DNA from: Eimeria praecox
Taxonomy: Eukaryota
Direction of reading: 5' to 3'
Length of the DNA stretch: 64,000 nucleotides
NCBI GenBank assembly: GCA_963920595.1
Contig: OY986947.1
Location: forward strand, 310,001 to 374,000
Shown: positions 41,926-55,799 of the stretch, one piece after another
Position numbering within the stretch: position 1 is the first letter of the stretch
Layout of the letters: each line of letters starts with the position of its first letter
Program-made: the position numbers and the translations under genes
Notes under the pieces: generated by a model
Seen by the model: only the letters and a program-made list of their open reading frames with translations
Told to the model about the DNA's origin: nothing
Databases searched by the model: none

Positions 41926-42900
41926 TGGCAAACGTGCCACAACACCACCGCCGAAAATGAATGCAGACATACATTCACCAACCCCGCTCTAGACAGTTGA
42001 TCGTATGTGCAACGTCTGACGGGAATTGCCGCCTCCAAGCTAGAGGCTCTTCCACTGTTTCGATACTACAATCACAACCACGTACCTCCTGCACAAGAAA
42101 AAACAACGCGCGCAGCACAACTCCCTGATAAGCACGATTCTTGCATTCCTCACCTTGCTGCCCGTCGGTGCTGTCATGAATCCGCTCCCACCCACCTCCA
42201 CACAACAGGCAGTAAAACCCATGATTGACAAACCAGCTCATTGAGAGAGCCTAACCCTGTCCGCAATACCATACCCAATCGTCCAAATCATCATGCATCT
42301 AGCGTTCCCACCTCACCACGCACACTCGCGGAAACGCTCAACTTCCAACACCCTAACACCCAGTGGCAAACGTGCCACAACACCACCGCCGAAAAAGAAT
42401 GCAGACATACATTCACCAACCCCGTTCTAGACAGTTGATCGTATGTGCAACGTCTGACGGGAATTGCCGCCTCCAAGCTAGAGGCTCTTCCACTGTTTCG
42501 ATACTACAATCACAACCACGTACCTCCTGCACAAGAAAAAACAACGCGCGCAGCACAACTCCCTGATGAGCACGATTCTTGCATTCCTCACCTTGCTGCC
42601 CGTCGGTGCCGTCATGCATCCGCTCCCACCCAGCTCCACACAACAGGCAGTAAAACCCATGATTCACAAACCAGCTCATTGAGAGAGCCTAACCCTGTCC
42701 GCAATACCATACCCAATCGTCCAAATCGTCATGCATCTAGCGTTCCCACCTCAACACGCACACCCGCGGAAACGCTCAACATGCAACACCCTCACACCCA
42801 GTGGCAAACGAGCCACAACACCACCGCCGAAAAAGAATGCAGACATACATTCACCAACCCCGCTCTAGACAGTTGATCGTATGTGCAACGTCTGACGGGA

Positions 42901-42980
42901 ACTGCCACCGCCATCCTGGAGTCTCTTCCACAGTTTCGAAGTAGATCCACAACCACGCACTTCGTGCATACGAGAAACAA
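42901..42980. repeat. Divergent ~80-bp patch defining a 436-bp variant monomer (first of 8 copies)
   Basis: actgccaccgccatcctggagtctcttccacagtttcgaagtagatccacaaccacgcacttcgtgcatacgagaaacaa starts at 42901, 44651, 45963, 52093, 53834, 56460, 59524 and 61274 (single-base variants in two copies). Confidence 0.95.
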
Positions 42981-43674
42981 CGCGCGCAGCACAACTCCCT
43001 GATAAGCACGATTCTTGCATTCCTCACCTTCCCGCCCGTCGGTGCTGTCATGAATCCGCTCCCACCCAGCTCCACACAACAGGCAGTGGAAACGATGATT
43101 CACAAACCAGCTCATTGAGAGAGCCTAACCCTGTCCGCAATACCATGCCCAGTCGTCCAAATCATCATGCATCTAGCGTTCCCACCTCAACACGCACACC
43201 CGCGGAAACGCTCAACATGCAACACCCTCACACCCAGTGGCAAACGTGCCACAACACCACCGCCGAAAAAGAATGCAGACATACATTCACCAACCCCGCT
43301 CTAGACAGTTGATCGTATGTGCAACGTCTGACGGGAATTGCCGCCTCCAAGCTAGAGGCTCTTCCACTGTTTCGATACTACAATCACAACCACGTACCTG
43401 CTGCACAAGAAAAAACAACGCGCGCAGCACAACTCCCTGATAAGCACGATTCTTGCATTCCTCACCTTGCCGCCCGTCGGTGCTGTCATGAATCCGCTCC
43501 CACCCACCTCCACACAACAGGCAGTAAAACCCATGATTCACAAACCAGCTCATTGAGAGAGCCTAACCCTGTCCGCAATACCATGCCCAATCGTCCAAAT
43601 CATCATGCATCTAGCGTTCCCACCTCAACACGCACACCCGCGGAAACGCTCAACATGCAACACCCTCACACCCA

Positions 43675-46298
43675 GTGGCAAACGTGCCACAACACCACCG
43701 CCGAAAAAGAATGCAGACATACATTCACCAACCCCGCTCTAGACAGTTGATCGTATGTGCAACGTCTGACGGGAATTGCCGCCTCCAAGCTAGAGGCTCT
43801 TCCACTGTTTCGATACTACAATCACAACCACGTACCTCCTGCACAAGAAAAAACAACGCGCGCAGCACAACTCCCTGATGAGCACGATTCTTGCATTCCT
43901 CACCTTGCCGCCCGTTGGTGCTGTCATGAATCCGCTCCCACCCAGCTCCACACAACAGGCAGTAAAACCCATGATTCACAAACCAGCTCATTGAGAGAGC
44001 CTAACCCTGTCCGCAATACCATACCCAATCGTCCCAATCATCATGCATCTAGCGTTCCCACCTCAACACGCACACCCGCGGAAACGCTCAACATGCAACA
44101 CCCTCACACCCAGTGGCAAACGTGCCACAACACCACCGCCGAAAATGAATGCAGACATACATTCACCAACCCCGCTCTAGACAGTTGATCGTATGTGCAA
44201 CGTCTGACGGGAATTGCCGCCTCCAAGCTAGAGGCTCTTCCACTGTTTCGATACTACAATCACAACCACGTACCTGCTGCACAAGAAAAAACAACGCGCG
44301 CAGCACAACTCCCTGATGAGCACGATTCTTGCATTCCTCACCTTGCTGCCCGTCGGTGCCGTCATGCATCCGCTCCCACCCATCTCCACACAACAGGCAG
44401 TAAAACCCATGATTCACAAACCAGCTCATTGAGAGAGCCTAACCCTCTCCGCAATACCATACCCAATCGTCCAAATCGTCATGCATCTAGCGTTCCCACC
44501 TCAACACGCACACCCGCGGAAACGCTCAACATGCAACACCCTCACACCCAGTGGCAAACGTGCCACAACACCACCGCCGAAAAAGAATGCAGACATACAT
44601 TCACCAACCCCGCTCTAGACAGTTGATCGTATGTGCAACGTCTGACGGGAACTGCCACCGCCATCCTGGAGTCTCTTCCACAGTTTCGAAGTAGATCGAC
44701 AACCACGCACTTCGTGCATACGAGAAACAACGCGCGCAGCACAACTCCCTGATAAGCACGATTCTTGCATTCCTCACCTTGCCGCCCGTCGGTGCTGTCA
44801 TGAATCCGCTCCCACCCACCTCCACACAACAGGCAGTAAAACCCATGATTCACAAACCAGCTCATTGAGAGAGCCTAACCCTGTCCGCAATACCATGCCC
44901 AATCGTCCAAATCATCATGCATCTAGCGTTCCCACCTCAACACGCACACCCGCGGAAACGCTCAACATGCAACACCCTCACACCCAGTGGCAAACGTGCC
45001 ACAACACCACCGCCGAAAAAGAATGCAGACATACATTCACCAACCCCGCTCTAGACAGTTGATCGTATGTGCAACGTCTGACGGGAATTGCCGCCTCCAA
45101 GCTAGAGGCTCTTCCACTGTTTCGATACTACAATCACAACCACGTACCTCCTGCACAAGAAAAAACAACGCGCGCAGCACAACTCCCTGATGAGCACGAT
45201 TCTTGCATTCCTCACCTTGCCGCCCGTTGGTGCTGTCATGAATCCGCTCCCACCCACCTCCACACAACAGGCAGTAAAACCCATGATTCACAAACCAGCT
45301 CATTGAGAGAGCCTAACCCTGTCCGCAATACCATACCCAATCGTCCCAATCATCATGCATCTAGCGTTCCCACCTCAACACGCACACCCGCGGAAACGCT
45401 CAACATGCAACACCCTCACACCCAGTGGCAAACGTGCCACAACACCACCGCCGAAAAAGAATGCAGACATACATTCACCAACCCCGCTCTAGACAGTTGA
45501 TCGTATGTGCAACGTCTGACGGGAATTGCCGCCTCCAAGCTAGAGGCTCTTCCACTGTTTCGATACTACAATCACAACCACGTACCTGCTGCACAAGAAA
45601 AAACAACGCGCGCAGCACAACTCCCTGATGAGCACGATTCTTGCATTCCTCACCTTGCTGCCCGTCGGTGCCGTCATGCATCCGCTCCCACCCATCTCCA
45701 CACAACAGGCAGTAAAACCCATGATTCACAAACCAGCTCATTGAGAGAGCCTAACCCTCTCCGCAATACCATACCCAATCGTCCAAATCGTCATGCATCT
45801 AGCGTTCCCACCTCAACACGCACACCCGCGGAAACGCTCAACATGCAACACCCTCACACCCAGTGGCAAACGTGCCACAACACCACCGCCGAAAAAGAAT
45901 GCAGACATACATTCACCAACCCCGCTCTAGACAGTTGATCGTATGTGCAACGTCTGACGGGAACTGCCACCGCCATCCTGGAGTCTCTTCCACAGTTTCG
46001 AAGTAGATCCACAACCACGCACTTCGTGCATACGAGAAACAACGCGCGCAGCACAACTCCCTGATAAGCACGATTCTTGCATTCCTCACCTTCCCGCCCG
46101 TCGGTGCTGTCATGAATCTGCTCCCACCCAGCTGCACACAACAGGCAGTGGAAACGATGATTCACAAACCAGCTCATTGAGAGAGCCTAACCCTGTCCGC
46201 AATACCATGCCCAATCGTCCAAATCATCATGCATCTAGCGTTCCCACCTCAACACGCACACCCGCGGAAACGCTCAACATGCAACACCCTCACACCCA
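43675..46298. repeat. 3-monomer HOR, 1312 bp x2 (includes a 436-bp variant monomer)
   Basis: 44195/45507 are identical, including the private acccatctcc variant. Variant patches lie at 44651 and 45963. Confidence 0.8.
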
Positions 46299-48560
46299 GT
46301 GGCAAACGTGCCACAACACCACCGCCGAAAAAGAATGCAGACATACATTCACCAACCCCGCTCTAGACAGTTGATCGTATGTGCAACGTCTGACGGGAAT
46401 TGCCGCCTCCAAGCTAGAGGCTCTTCCACTGTTTCGATACTACAATCACAACCACGTACCTCCTGCACAAGAAAAAACAACGCGCGCAGCACAACTCCCT
46501 GATAAGCACGATTCTTGCATTCCTCACCTTCCCGCCCGTCGGTGCTGTCATGAATCCGCTCCCACCCAGCTCCACACAACAGGCAGTGGAAACGATGATT
46601 CACAAACCAGCTCATTGAGAGAGCCTAACCCTGTCCGCAATACCATGCCCAATCGTCCAAATCATCATGCATCTAGCGTTCCCACCTCAACACGCACACC
46701 CGCGGAAACGCTCAACATGCAACACCCTCACACCCAGTGGCAAACGTGCCACAACACCACCGCCGAAAATGAATGCAGACATACATTCACCAACCCCGCT
46801 CTAGACAGTTGATCGTATGTGCAACGTCTGACGGGAATTGCCGCCTCCAAGCTAGAGGCTCTTCCACTGTTTCGATACTACAATCACAACCACGTACCTC
46901 CTGCACAAGAAAAAACAACGCGCGCAGCACAACTCCCTGATGAGCACGATTCTTGCATTCCTCACCTTGCCGCCCGTTGGTGCTGTCATGAATCCGCTCC
47001 CACCCAGCTCCACACAACAGGCAGTAAAACCCATGATTCACAAACCAGCTCATTGAGAGAGCCTAACCCTCTCCGCAATACCATACCCAATCGTCCAAAT
47101 CGTCATGCATCTAGCGTTCCCACCTCACCACGCACACTCGCGGAAACGCTCAACTTCCAACACCCTCACACCCAGTGGCAAACGTGCCACAACACCACCG
47201 CCGAAAAAGAATGCAGACATACATTCACCAACCCCGTTCTAGACAGTTCATCGTATGTGCAACGTCTGACGGGAATTGCCGCCTCCAAGCTAGAGGCTCT
47301 TCCACTGTTTCGATACTACAATCACAACCACGTACCTCCTGCACAAGAAAAAACAACGCGCGCAGCACAACTCCCTGATAAGCACGATTCTTGCATTCCT
47401 CACCTTCCCGCCCGTCGGTGCTGTCATGAATCCGCTCCCACCCAGCTCCACACAACAGGCAGTGGAAACGATGATTCACAAACCAGCTCATTGAGAGAGC
47501 CTAACCCTGTCCGCAATACCATGCCCAATCGTCCAAATCATCATGCATCTAGCGTTCCCACCTCAACACGCACACCCGCGGAAACGCTCAACATGCAACA
47601 CCCTCACACCCAGTGGCAAACGTGCCACAACACCACCGCCGAAAAAGAATGCAGACATACATTCACCAACCCCGCTCTAGACAGTTGATCGTATGTGCAA
47701 CGTCTGACGGGAATTGCCGCCTCCAAGCTAGAGGCTCTTCCACTGTTTCGATACTACAATCACAACCACGTACCTCCTGCACAAGAAAAAACAACGCGCG
47801 CAGCACAACTCCCTGATAAGCACGATTCTTGCATTCCTCACCTTCCCGCCCGTCGGTGCTGTCATGAATCCGCTCCCACCCAGCTCCACACAACAGGCAG
47901 TGGAAACGATGATTCACAAACCAGCTCATTGAGAGAGCCTAACCCTGTCCGCAATACCATGCCCAATCGTCCAAATCATCATGCATCTAGCGTTCCCACC
48001 TCAACACGCACACCCGCGGAAACGCTCAACATGCAACACCCTCACACCCAGTGGCAAACGTGCCACAACACCACCGCCGAAAATGAATGCAGACATACAT
48101 TCACCAACCCCGCTCTAGACAGTTGATCGTATGTGCAACGTCTGACGGGAATTGCCGCCTCCAAGCTAGAGGCTCTTCCACTGTTTCGATACTACAATCA
48201 CAACCACGTACCTCCTGCACAAGAAAAAACAACGCGCGCAGCACAACTCCCTGATGAGCACGATTCTTGCATTCCTCACCTTGCCGCCCGTTGGTGCTGT
48301 CATGAATCCGCTCCCACCCAGCTCCACACAACAGGCAGTAAAACCCATGATTCACAAACCAGCTCATTGAGAGAGCCTAACCCTCTCCGCAATACCATAC
48401 CCAATCGTCCAAATCGTCATGCATCTAGCGTTCCCACCTCACCACGCACACTCGCGGAAACGCTCAACTTCCAACACCCTCACACCCAGTGGCAAACGTG
48501 CCACAACACCACCGCCGAAAAAGAATGCAGACATACATTCACCAACCCCGTTCTAGACAG
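46299..48560. repeat. Duplication at 3-monomer spacing (1314 bp)
   Basis: 46381/47695 and 46819/48133 share the same variant combinations. Confidence 0.75.
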
Positions 48561-51500
48561 TTGATCGTATGTGCAACGTCTGACGGGAATTGCCGCCTCC
48601 AAGCTAGAGGCTCTTCCACTGTTTCGATACTACAATCACAACCACGTACCTGCTGCACAAGAAAAAACAACGCGCGCAGCACAACTCCCTGATGAGCACG
48701 ATTCTTGCATTCCTCACCTTGCCGCCCGTTGGTGCTGTCATGAATCCGCTCCCACCCAGCTCCACACAACAGGCAGTAAAACCCATGATTCACAAACCAG
48801 CTCATTGAGAGAGCCTAACCCTGTCCGCAATACCATACCCAATCGTCCAAATCATCATGCATCTAGCGTTCCCACCTCAACACGCACACCCGCGGAAACG
48901 CTCAACATGCAACACCCTCACACCCAGTGGCAAACGTGCCACAACACCACCGCCGAAAATGAATGCAGACATACATTCACCAACCCCGCTCTAGACAGTT
49001 GATCGTATGTGCAACGTCTGACGGGAATTGCCGCCTCCAAGCTAGAGGCTCTTCCACTGTTTCGATACTACAATCACAACCACGTACCTGCTGCACAAGA
49101 AAAAACAACGCGCGCAGCACAACTCCCTGATAAGCACGATTCTTGCATTCCTCACCTTGCCGCCCGTTGGTGCTGTCATGAATCCGCTCCCACCCAGCTC
49201 CACACAACAGGCAGTAAAACCCATGATTCACAAACCAGCTCATTGAGAGAGCCTAACCCTGTCCGCAATACCATACCCAATCGTCCAAATCATCATGCAT
49301 CTAGCGTTCCCACCTCAACACGCACACCCGCGGAAACGCTCAACATGCAACACCCTCACACCCAGTGGCAAACGTGCCACAACACCAGCGCCGAAAAAGA
49401 ATGCAGACATACATTCACCAACCCCGCTCTAGACAGTTGATCGTATGTGCAACGTCTGACGGGAATTGCCGCCTCCAAGCTAGAGGCTCTTCCACTGTTT
49501 CGATACTACAATCACAACCACGTACCTGCTGCACAAGAAAAAACAACGCGCGCAGCACAACTCCCTGATAAGCACGATTCTTGCATTCCTCACCTTGCCG
49601 CCCGTCGGTGCTGTCATGAATCCGCTCCCACCCAGCTCCACACAACAGGCAGTAAAACCCATGATTCACAAACCAGCTCATTGAGAGAGCCTAACCCTGT
49701 CCGCAATACCATACCCAATCGTCCAAATCGTCATGCATCTAGCGTTCCCACCTCAACACGCAAACCCGCGGAAACGCTCAACATGCAACACCCTCACAAC
49801 CAGTGGCAAACGTGCCACAACACCACCGCCGAAAAAGAATGCAGACATACATTCACCAACTCCGCTCTAGACAGTTGATCGTATGTGCAACGTCTGACGG
49901 GAATTGCCGCCTCCAAGCTAGAGGCTCTTCCACTGTTTCGATACTACAATCACAACCACGTACCTCCTGCACAAGAAAAAACACCGCGCGCAGCACAACT
50001 CCCTGATAAGCACGATTCTTGCATTCCTCACCTTGCCGCCCGTCGGTGCTGTCATGAATCCGCTCCCACCCAGCTCCACACAACAGGCAGTAAAACCCAT
50101 GATTCACAAACCAGCTCATTGAGAGAGCCTAACCCTGTCCGCAATACCATACCCAATCGTCCAAATCGTCATGCATCTAGCGTACGCACCCCAACACGCA
50201 CACCCGCGGAAACGCTCAACACGCAACACCCTCACAACCAGTGGCAAACGTGCCACAACACCACCGCCGAAAATGAATGCAGACATACATTCACCAACCC
50301 CGCTCTAGACAGTTGATCGTATGTGCAACGTCTGACGGGAATTGCCGCCTCCAAGCTAGAGGCTCTTCCACTGTTTCGATACTACAATCACAACCACGTA
50401 CCTGCTGCACAAGAAAAAACACCGCGCGCAGCACAACTCCCTGATGAGCACGATTCTCGCATTCCTCACCTTGCCGCCCGTCGGTGCTGTCATGAATCCG
50501 CTCCCACCCAGCTCCACACAACAGGCAGTAAAACCCATGATTCACAAACCAGCTCATTGAGAGAGCCTAACCCTGTCCGCAATACCATACCCAATCGTCC
50601 CAATCATCATGCATCTAGCGTTCCCACCTCAACACGCACACCCGCGGAAACGCTCAACATGCAACACCCTCACACCCAGTGGCAAACGTGCCACAACACC
50701 ACCGCCGAAAAAGAATGCAGACATACATTCACCAACCCCGCTCTAGACAGTTGATCGTATGTGCAACGTCTGACGGGAATTGCCGCCTCCAAGCTAGAGG
50801 CTCTTCCACTGTTTCTATACTACAATCACAACCACGTACCTGCTGCACAAGAAAAAACAACGCGCGCAGCACAACTCCCTGATGAGCACGATTCTTGCAT
50901 TCCTCACCTTGCTGCCCGTCGGTGCTGTCATGAATCCGCTCCCACCCACCTCCACACAACAGGCAGTAAAACCCATGATTCACAAACCAGCTCATTGAGA
51001 GAGCCTAACCCTGTCCGCAATACCATACCCAATCGTCCAAATCATCATGCATCTAGCGTTCCCACCTCAACACGCACACCCGCGGAAACGCTCAACATGC
51101 AACACCCTCACACCCAGTGGCAAACGTGCCACAACACCACCGCCGAAAATGAATGCAGACATACATTCACCAACCCCGCTCTAGACAGTTGATCGTATGT
51201 GCAACGTCTGACGGGAATTGCCGCCTCCAAGCTAGAGGCTCTTCCACTGTTTCGATACTACAATCACAACCACGTACCTGCTGCACAAGAAAAAACAACG
51301 CGCGCAGCACAACTCCCTGATAAGCACGATTCTTGCATTCCTCACCTTGCTGCCCGTCGGTGCTGTCATGAATCCGCTCCCACCCAGCTCCACACAACAG
51401 GCAGTAAAACCCATGATTCACAAACCAGCTCATTGAGAGAGCCTAACCCTGTCCGCAATACCATACCCAATCGTCCAAATCATCATGCATCTAGCGTTCC

Positions 51501-54500
51501 CACCTCACCACGCACACTCGCGGAAACGCTCAACTTCCAACACCCTCACACCCAGTGGCAAACGTGCCACAACACCACCGCCGAAAAAGAATGCAGACAT
51601 ACATTCACCAACCCCGTTCTAGACAGTTGATCGTATGTGCAACGTCTGACGGGAATTGCCGCCTCCAAGCTAGAGGCTCTTCCACTGTTTCGATACTACA
51701 ATCACAACCACGTACCTCCTGCACAAGAAAAAACAACGCGCGCAGCACAACTCCCTGATGAGCACGATTCTTGCATTCCTCACCTTGCTGCCCGTCGGTC
51801 CCGTCATGCATCCGCTCTCACCCAGCTCCACACAACAGGCAGTAAAACCCATGATTCACAAACCAGCTCATTGAGAAAGCCTAACCCTGTCCGCAATACC
51901 ATACCCAATCGTCCAAATCATCATGCATCTAGCGTTCCCACCTCACCACGCACACTCGCGGAAACGCTCAACTTCCAACACCCTAACACCCAGTGGCAAA
52001 CGTGCCACAACACCACCGCCGAAAAAGAATGCAGACATACATTCACCAACCCCGCTCTAGACAGTTGATCGTATGTGCAACGTCTGACGGGAACTGCCAC
52101 CGCCATCCTGGAGCCTCTTCCACAGTTTCGAAGTAGATCCACAACCACGCACTTCGTGCATACGAGAAACAACGCGCGCAGCACAACTCCCTGATAAGCA
52201 CGATTCTTGCATTCCTCACCTTCCCGCCCGTCGGTGCTGTCATGAATCCGCTCCCACCCACCTCCACACAACAGGCAGTGGAAACGATGATTCACAAACC
52301 AGCTCATTGAGAGAGCCTAACCCTGTCCGCAATACCATGCCCAATCGTCCAAATCATCATGCATCTAGCGTTCCCACCTCAACACGCACACCCGCGGAAA
52401 CGCTCAACATGCAACACCCTCACACCCAGTGGCAAACGTGCCACAACACCACCGCCGAAAAAGAATGCAGACATACATTCACCAACCCCGCTCTAGACAG
52501 TTGATCGTATGTGCAACGTCTGACGGGAATTGCCGCCTCCAAGCTAGAGGCTCTTCCACTGTTTCGATACTACAATCACAACCACGTACCTGCTGCACAA
52601 GAAAAAACAACGCGCGCAGCACAACTCCCTGATAAGCACGATTCTTGCATTCCTCACCTTGCCGCCCGTCGGTGCTGTCATGAATCCGCTCCCACCCACC
52701 TCCACACAACAGGCAGTAAAACCCATGATTCACAAACCAGCTCATTGAGAGAGCCTAACCCTGTCCGCAATACCATGCCCAATCGTCCAAATCATCATGC
52801 ATCTAGCGTACCCACCTCAACACGCACACCCGCGGAAACGCTCAACTTCCAACACCCTCAAACAGGTGGCAAACGTGCCACAACACCACCGCCGAAAAAG
52901 AATGCAGACATGCATTCACCAACCCCGCTCTAGACAGTTGATCGTATGTGCAACGTCTGACGGGAATTGCCGCCTCCAAGCTAGAGGCTCTTCCACTGTT
53001 TCGATACTACAATCACAACCACGTACCTGCTGCACAAGAAAAAACAACGCGCGCAGCACAACTCCCTGATAAGCACGATTCTTGCATTCCTCACCTTCCC
53101 GCCCGTCGGTGCTGTCATGAATCCGCTCCCACCCAGCTCCACACAACAGGCAGTGGAAACGATGATTCACAAACCAGCTCATTGAGAGAGCCTAACCCTG
53201 TCCGCAATACCATGCCCAATCGTCCAAATCATCATGCATCTAGCGTTCCCACCTCAACACGCACACCCGCGGAAACGCTCAACATGCAACACCCTCACAC
53301 CCAGTGGCAAACATGCCACAACACCACCGCCGAAAAAGTATGCAGACATTCACCAACCCCGCTCTAGACAGTTGATCGTATGTGCAACGTCTGACGGGAA
53401 TTGCCGCCTCCAAGCTAGAGGCTCTTCCACTGTTTCGATACTACAATCACAACCACGTACCTGCTGCACAAGAAAAAACAACGCGCGCAGCACAACTCCC
53501 TGATAAGCACGATTCTTGCATTCCTCACCTTGCCGCCCGTCGGTGCTGTCATGCATCCGCTCCCACCCAGCTCCACACAACAGGCAGTAAAACCCACGAT
53601 TCACAAACCAGCTCACTGAGAGAGCCTAACCCTGTCCGCAGTACCATACCCAATCGTCCAAATCGTCATGCATCTAGCGTTCCCACCTCAACACGCACAC
53701 CCGCGGAAACGCTCAACATGCAACACCCTCACAACCAGTGGCAAACGTGCCACAACACCACCGCCGAAAAAGAATGCAGACATTCACAAACCCCGCTCTA
53801 GACAGTTGATCGTATGTGCAACGTCTGACGGGAACTGCCACCGCCATCCTGGAGTCTCTTCCACAGTTTCGAAGTAGATCCACAACCACGCACTTCGTGC
53901 ATACGAGAAACAACGCGCGCAGCACAACTCCCTGATAAGCACGATTCTTGCATTCCTCACCTTCCCGCCCGTCGGTGCTGTCATGAATCCGCTCCCACCC
54001 ACCTCCACACAACAGGCAGTGGAAACGATGATTCACAAACCAGCTCATTGAGAGAGCCTAACCCTGTCCGCAATACCATGCCCAATCGTCCAAATCATCA
54101 TGCATCTAGCGTTCCCACCTCAACACGCACACCCGCGGAAACGCTCAACATGCAACACCCTCACAACCAGTGGCAAACGTGCCACAACACCACCGCCGAA
54201 AAAGAATGCAGACATACATTCACCAACCCCGCTCTAGACAGTTGATCGTATGTGCAACGTCTGACGGGAATTGCCGCCTCCAAGCTAGAGGCTCTTCCAC
54301 TGTTTCGATACTACAATCACAACCACGTACCTGCTGCACAAGAAAAAACAACGCGCGCAGCACAACTCCCTGATAAGCACGATTCTTGCATTCCTCACCT
54401 TGCCGCCCGTCGGTGCTGTCATGAATCCGCTCCCACCCAGCTCCACACAACAGGCAGTAAAACCCATGATTCACAAACCAGCTCATTGAGAGAGCCTAAC

Positions 54501-55799
54501 CCTGTCCGCAATACCATACCCAATCGTCCAAATTGTCATGCATCTAGCGTTCCCACCTCAACACGCAAACCCGCGGAAACGCTCAACATGCAACACCCTC
54601 ACACCCAGTGGCAAACGTGCCACAACACCACCGCCGAAAAAGAAGGCAGACATACATTCACCAACCCCGCTCTAGACAGTTGATCGTATGTGCAACGTCT
54701 GACGGGAATTGCCGCCTCCAAGCTAGAGGCTCTTCCACTGTTTCGATACTACAATCACAACCACGTACCTGCTGCACAAGAAAAAACAACGCGCGCAGCA
54801 CAACTCCCTGATAAGCACGATTCTTGCATTCCTCACCTTGCTGCCCGTCGGTGCTGTCATGCATCCGCTCCCACCCAGCTCCACACAACAGGCAGTGGAA
54901 CCCATGATTCACAAACCAGCTCATTGAGAGAGCCTAACCCTGTCCGCAATATCATACCCAATCGCCCAAACCATCATGCATCTAGCGTTCCCACCTCAGC
55001 ACGCACACCCGCGGAAACGCTCAACATGCAACACCCTCACAACCAGTGGCAAACGTGCCACAACACCACCGCCGAAAAAGAATGCAGACATACATTCACC
55101 AACCCCGATCTAGACAGTCGATCGTATGTGCAACGTCTGACGGGAATTGCTGCCTCCAAGCTAGAGGCTCTTCCACTGTTTCGATACTACAATCACAACC
55201 ACGTACCTGCTGCACAAGAAAAAACAACGCGCGCAGCACAACTCCCTGATGAGCACGATTCTTGCATTCCTCACCTTGCCGCCCGTCGGTGCTGTCATGA
55301 ATCCGCTCCCACCCAGCTCCACACAACACGCAGTAAAACCCATGATTCACAAACCAGCTCATTGAGAGAGCCTAACCCTGTCCGCAATACCATACCCAAT
55401 CGTCCAAATCGTCATGCATCTAGCGTTCGCACCTCAGCACGCACACTCGCGGAAACGCTCAACTTCCAACACCCTCACAACCAGTGGCAAACGTGCCACA
55501 ACACCACCGCCGAAAAAGAATGCAGACATACATTCACCAACCCCGCTCTAGACAGTTGATCGTATGTGCAACGTCTGACGGGAATTGCCGCCTCCAAGCT
55601 AGAGGCTCTTCCACTGTTTCGATACTACAATCACAACCACGTACCTGCTGCACAAGAAAAAACAACGCGCGCAGCACAACTCCCTGATGAGCACGATTCT
55701 TGCATTCCTCACCTTGCCGCCCGTCGGTGCTGTCATGAATCCGCTCCCACCCAGCTCCACACAACAGGCAGTAAAACCCATGATTCACAAACCAGCTCA

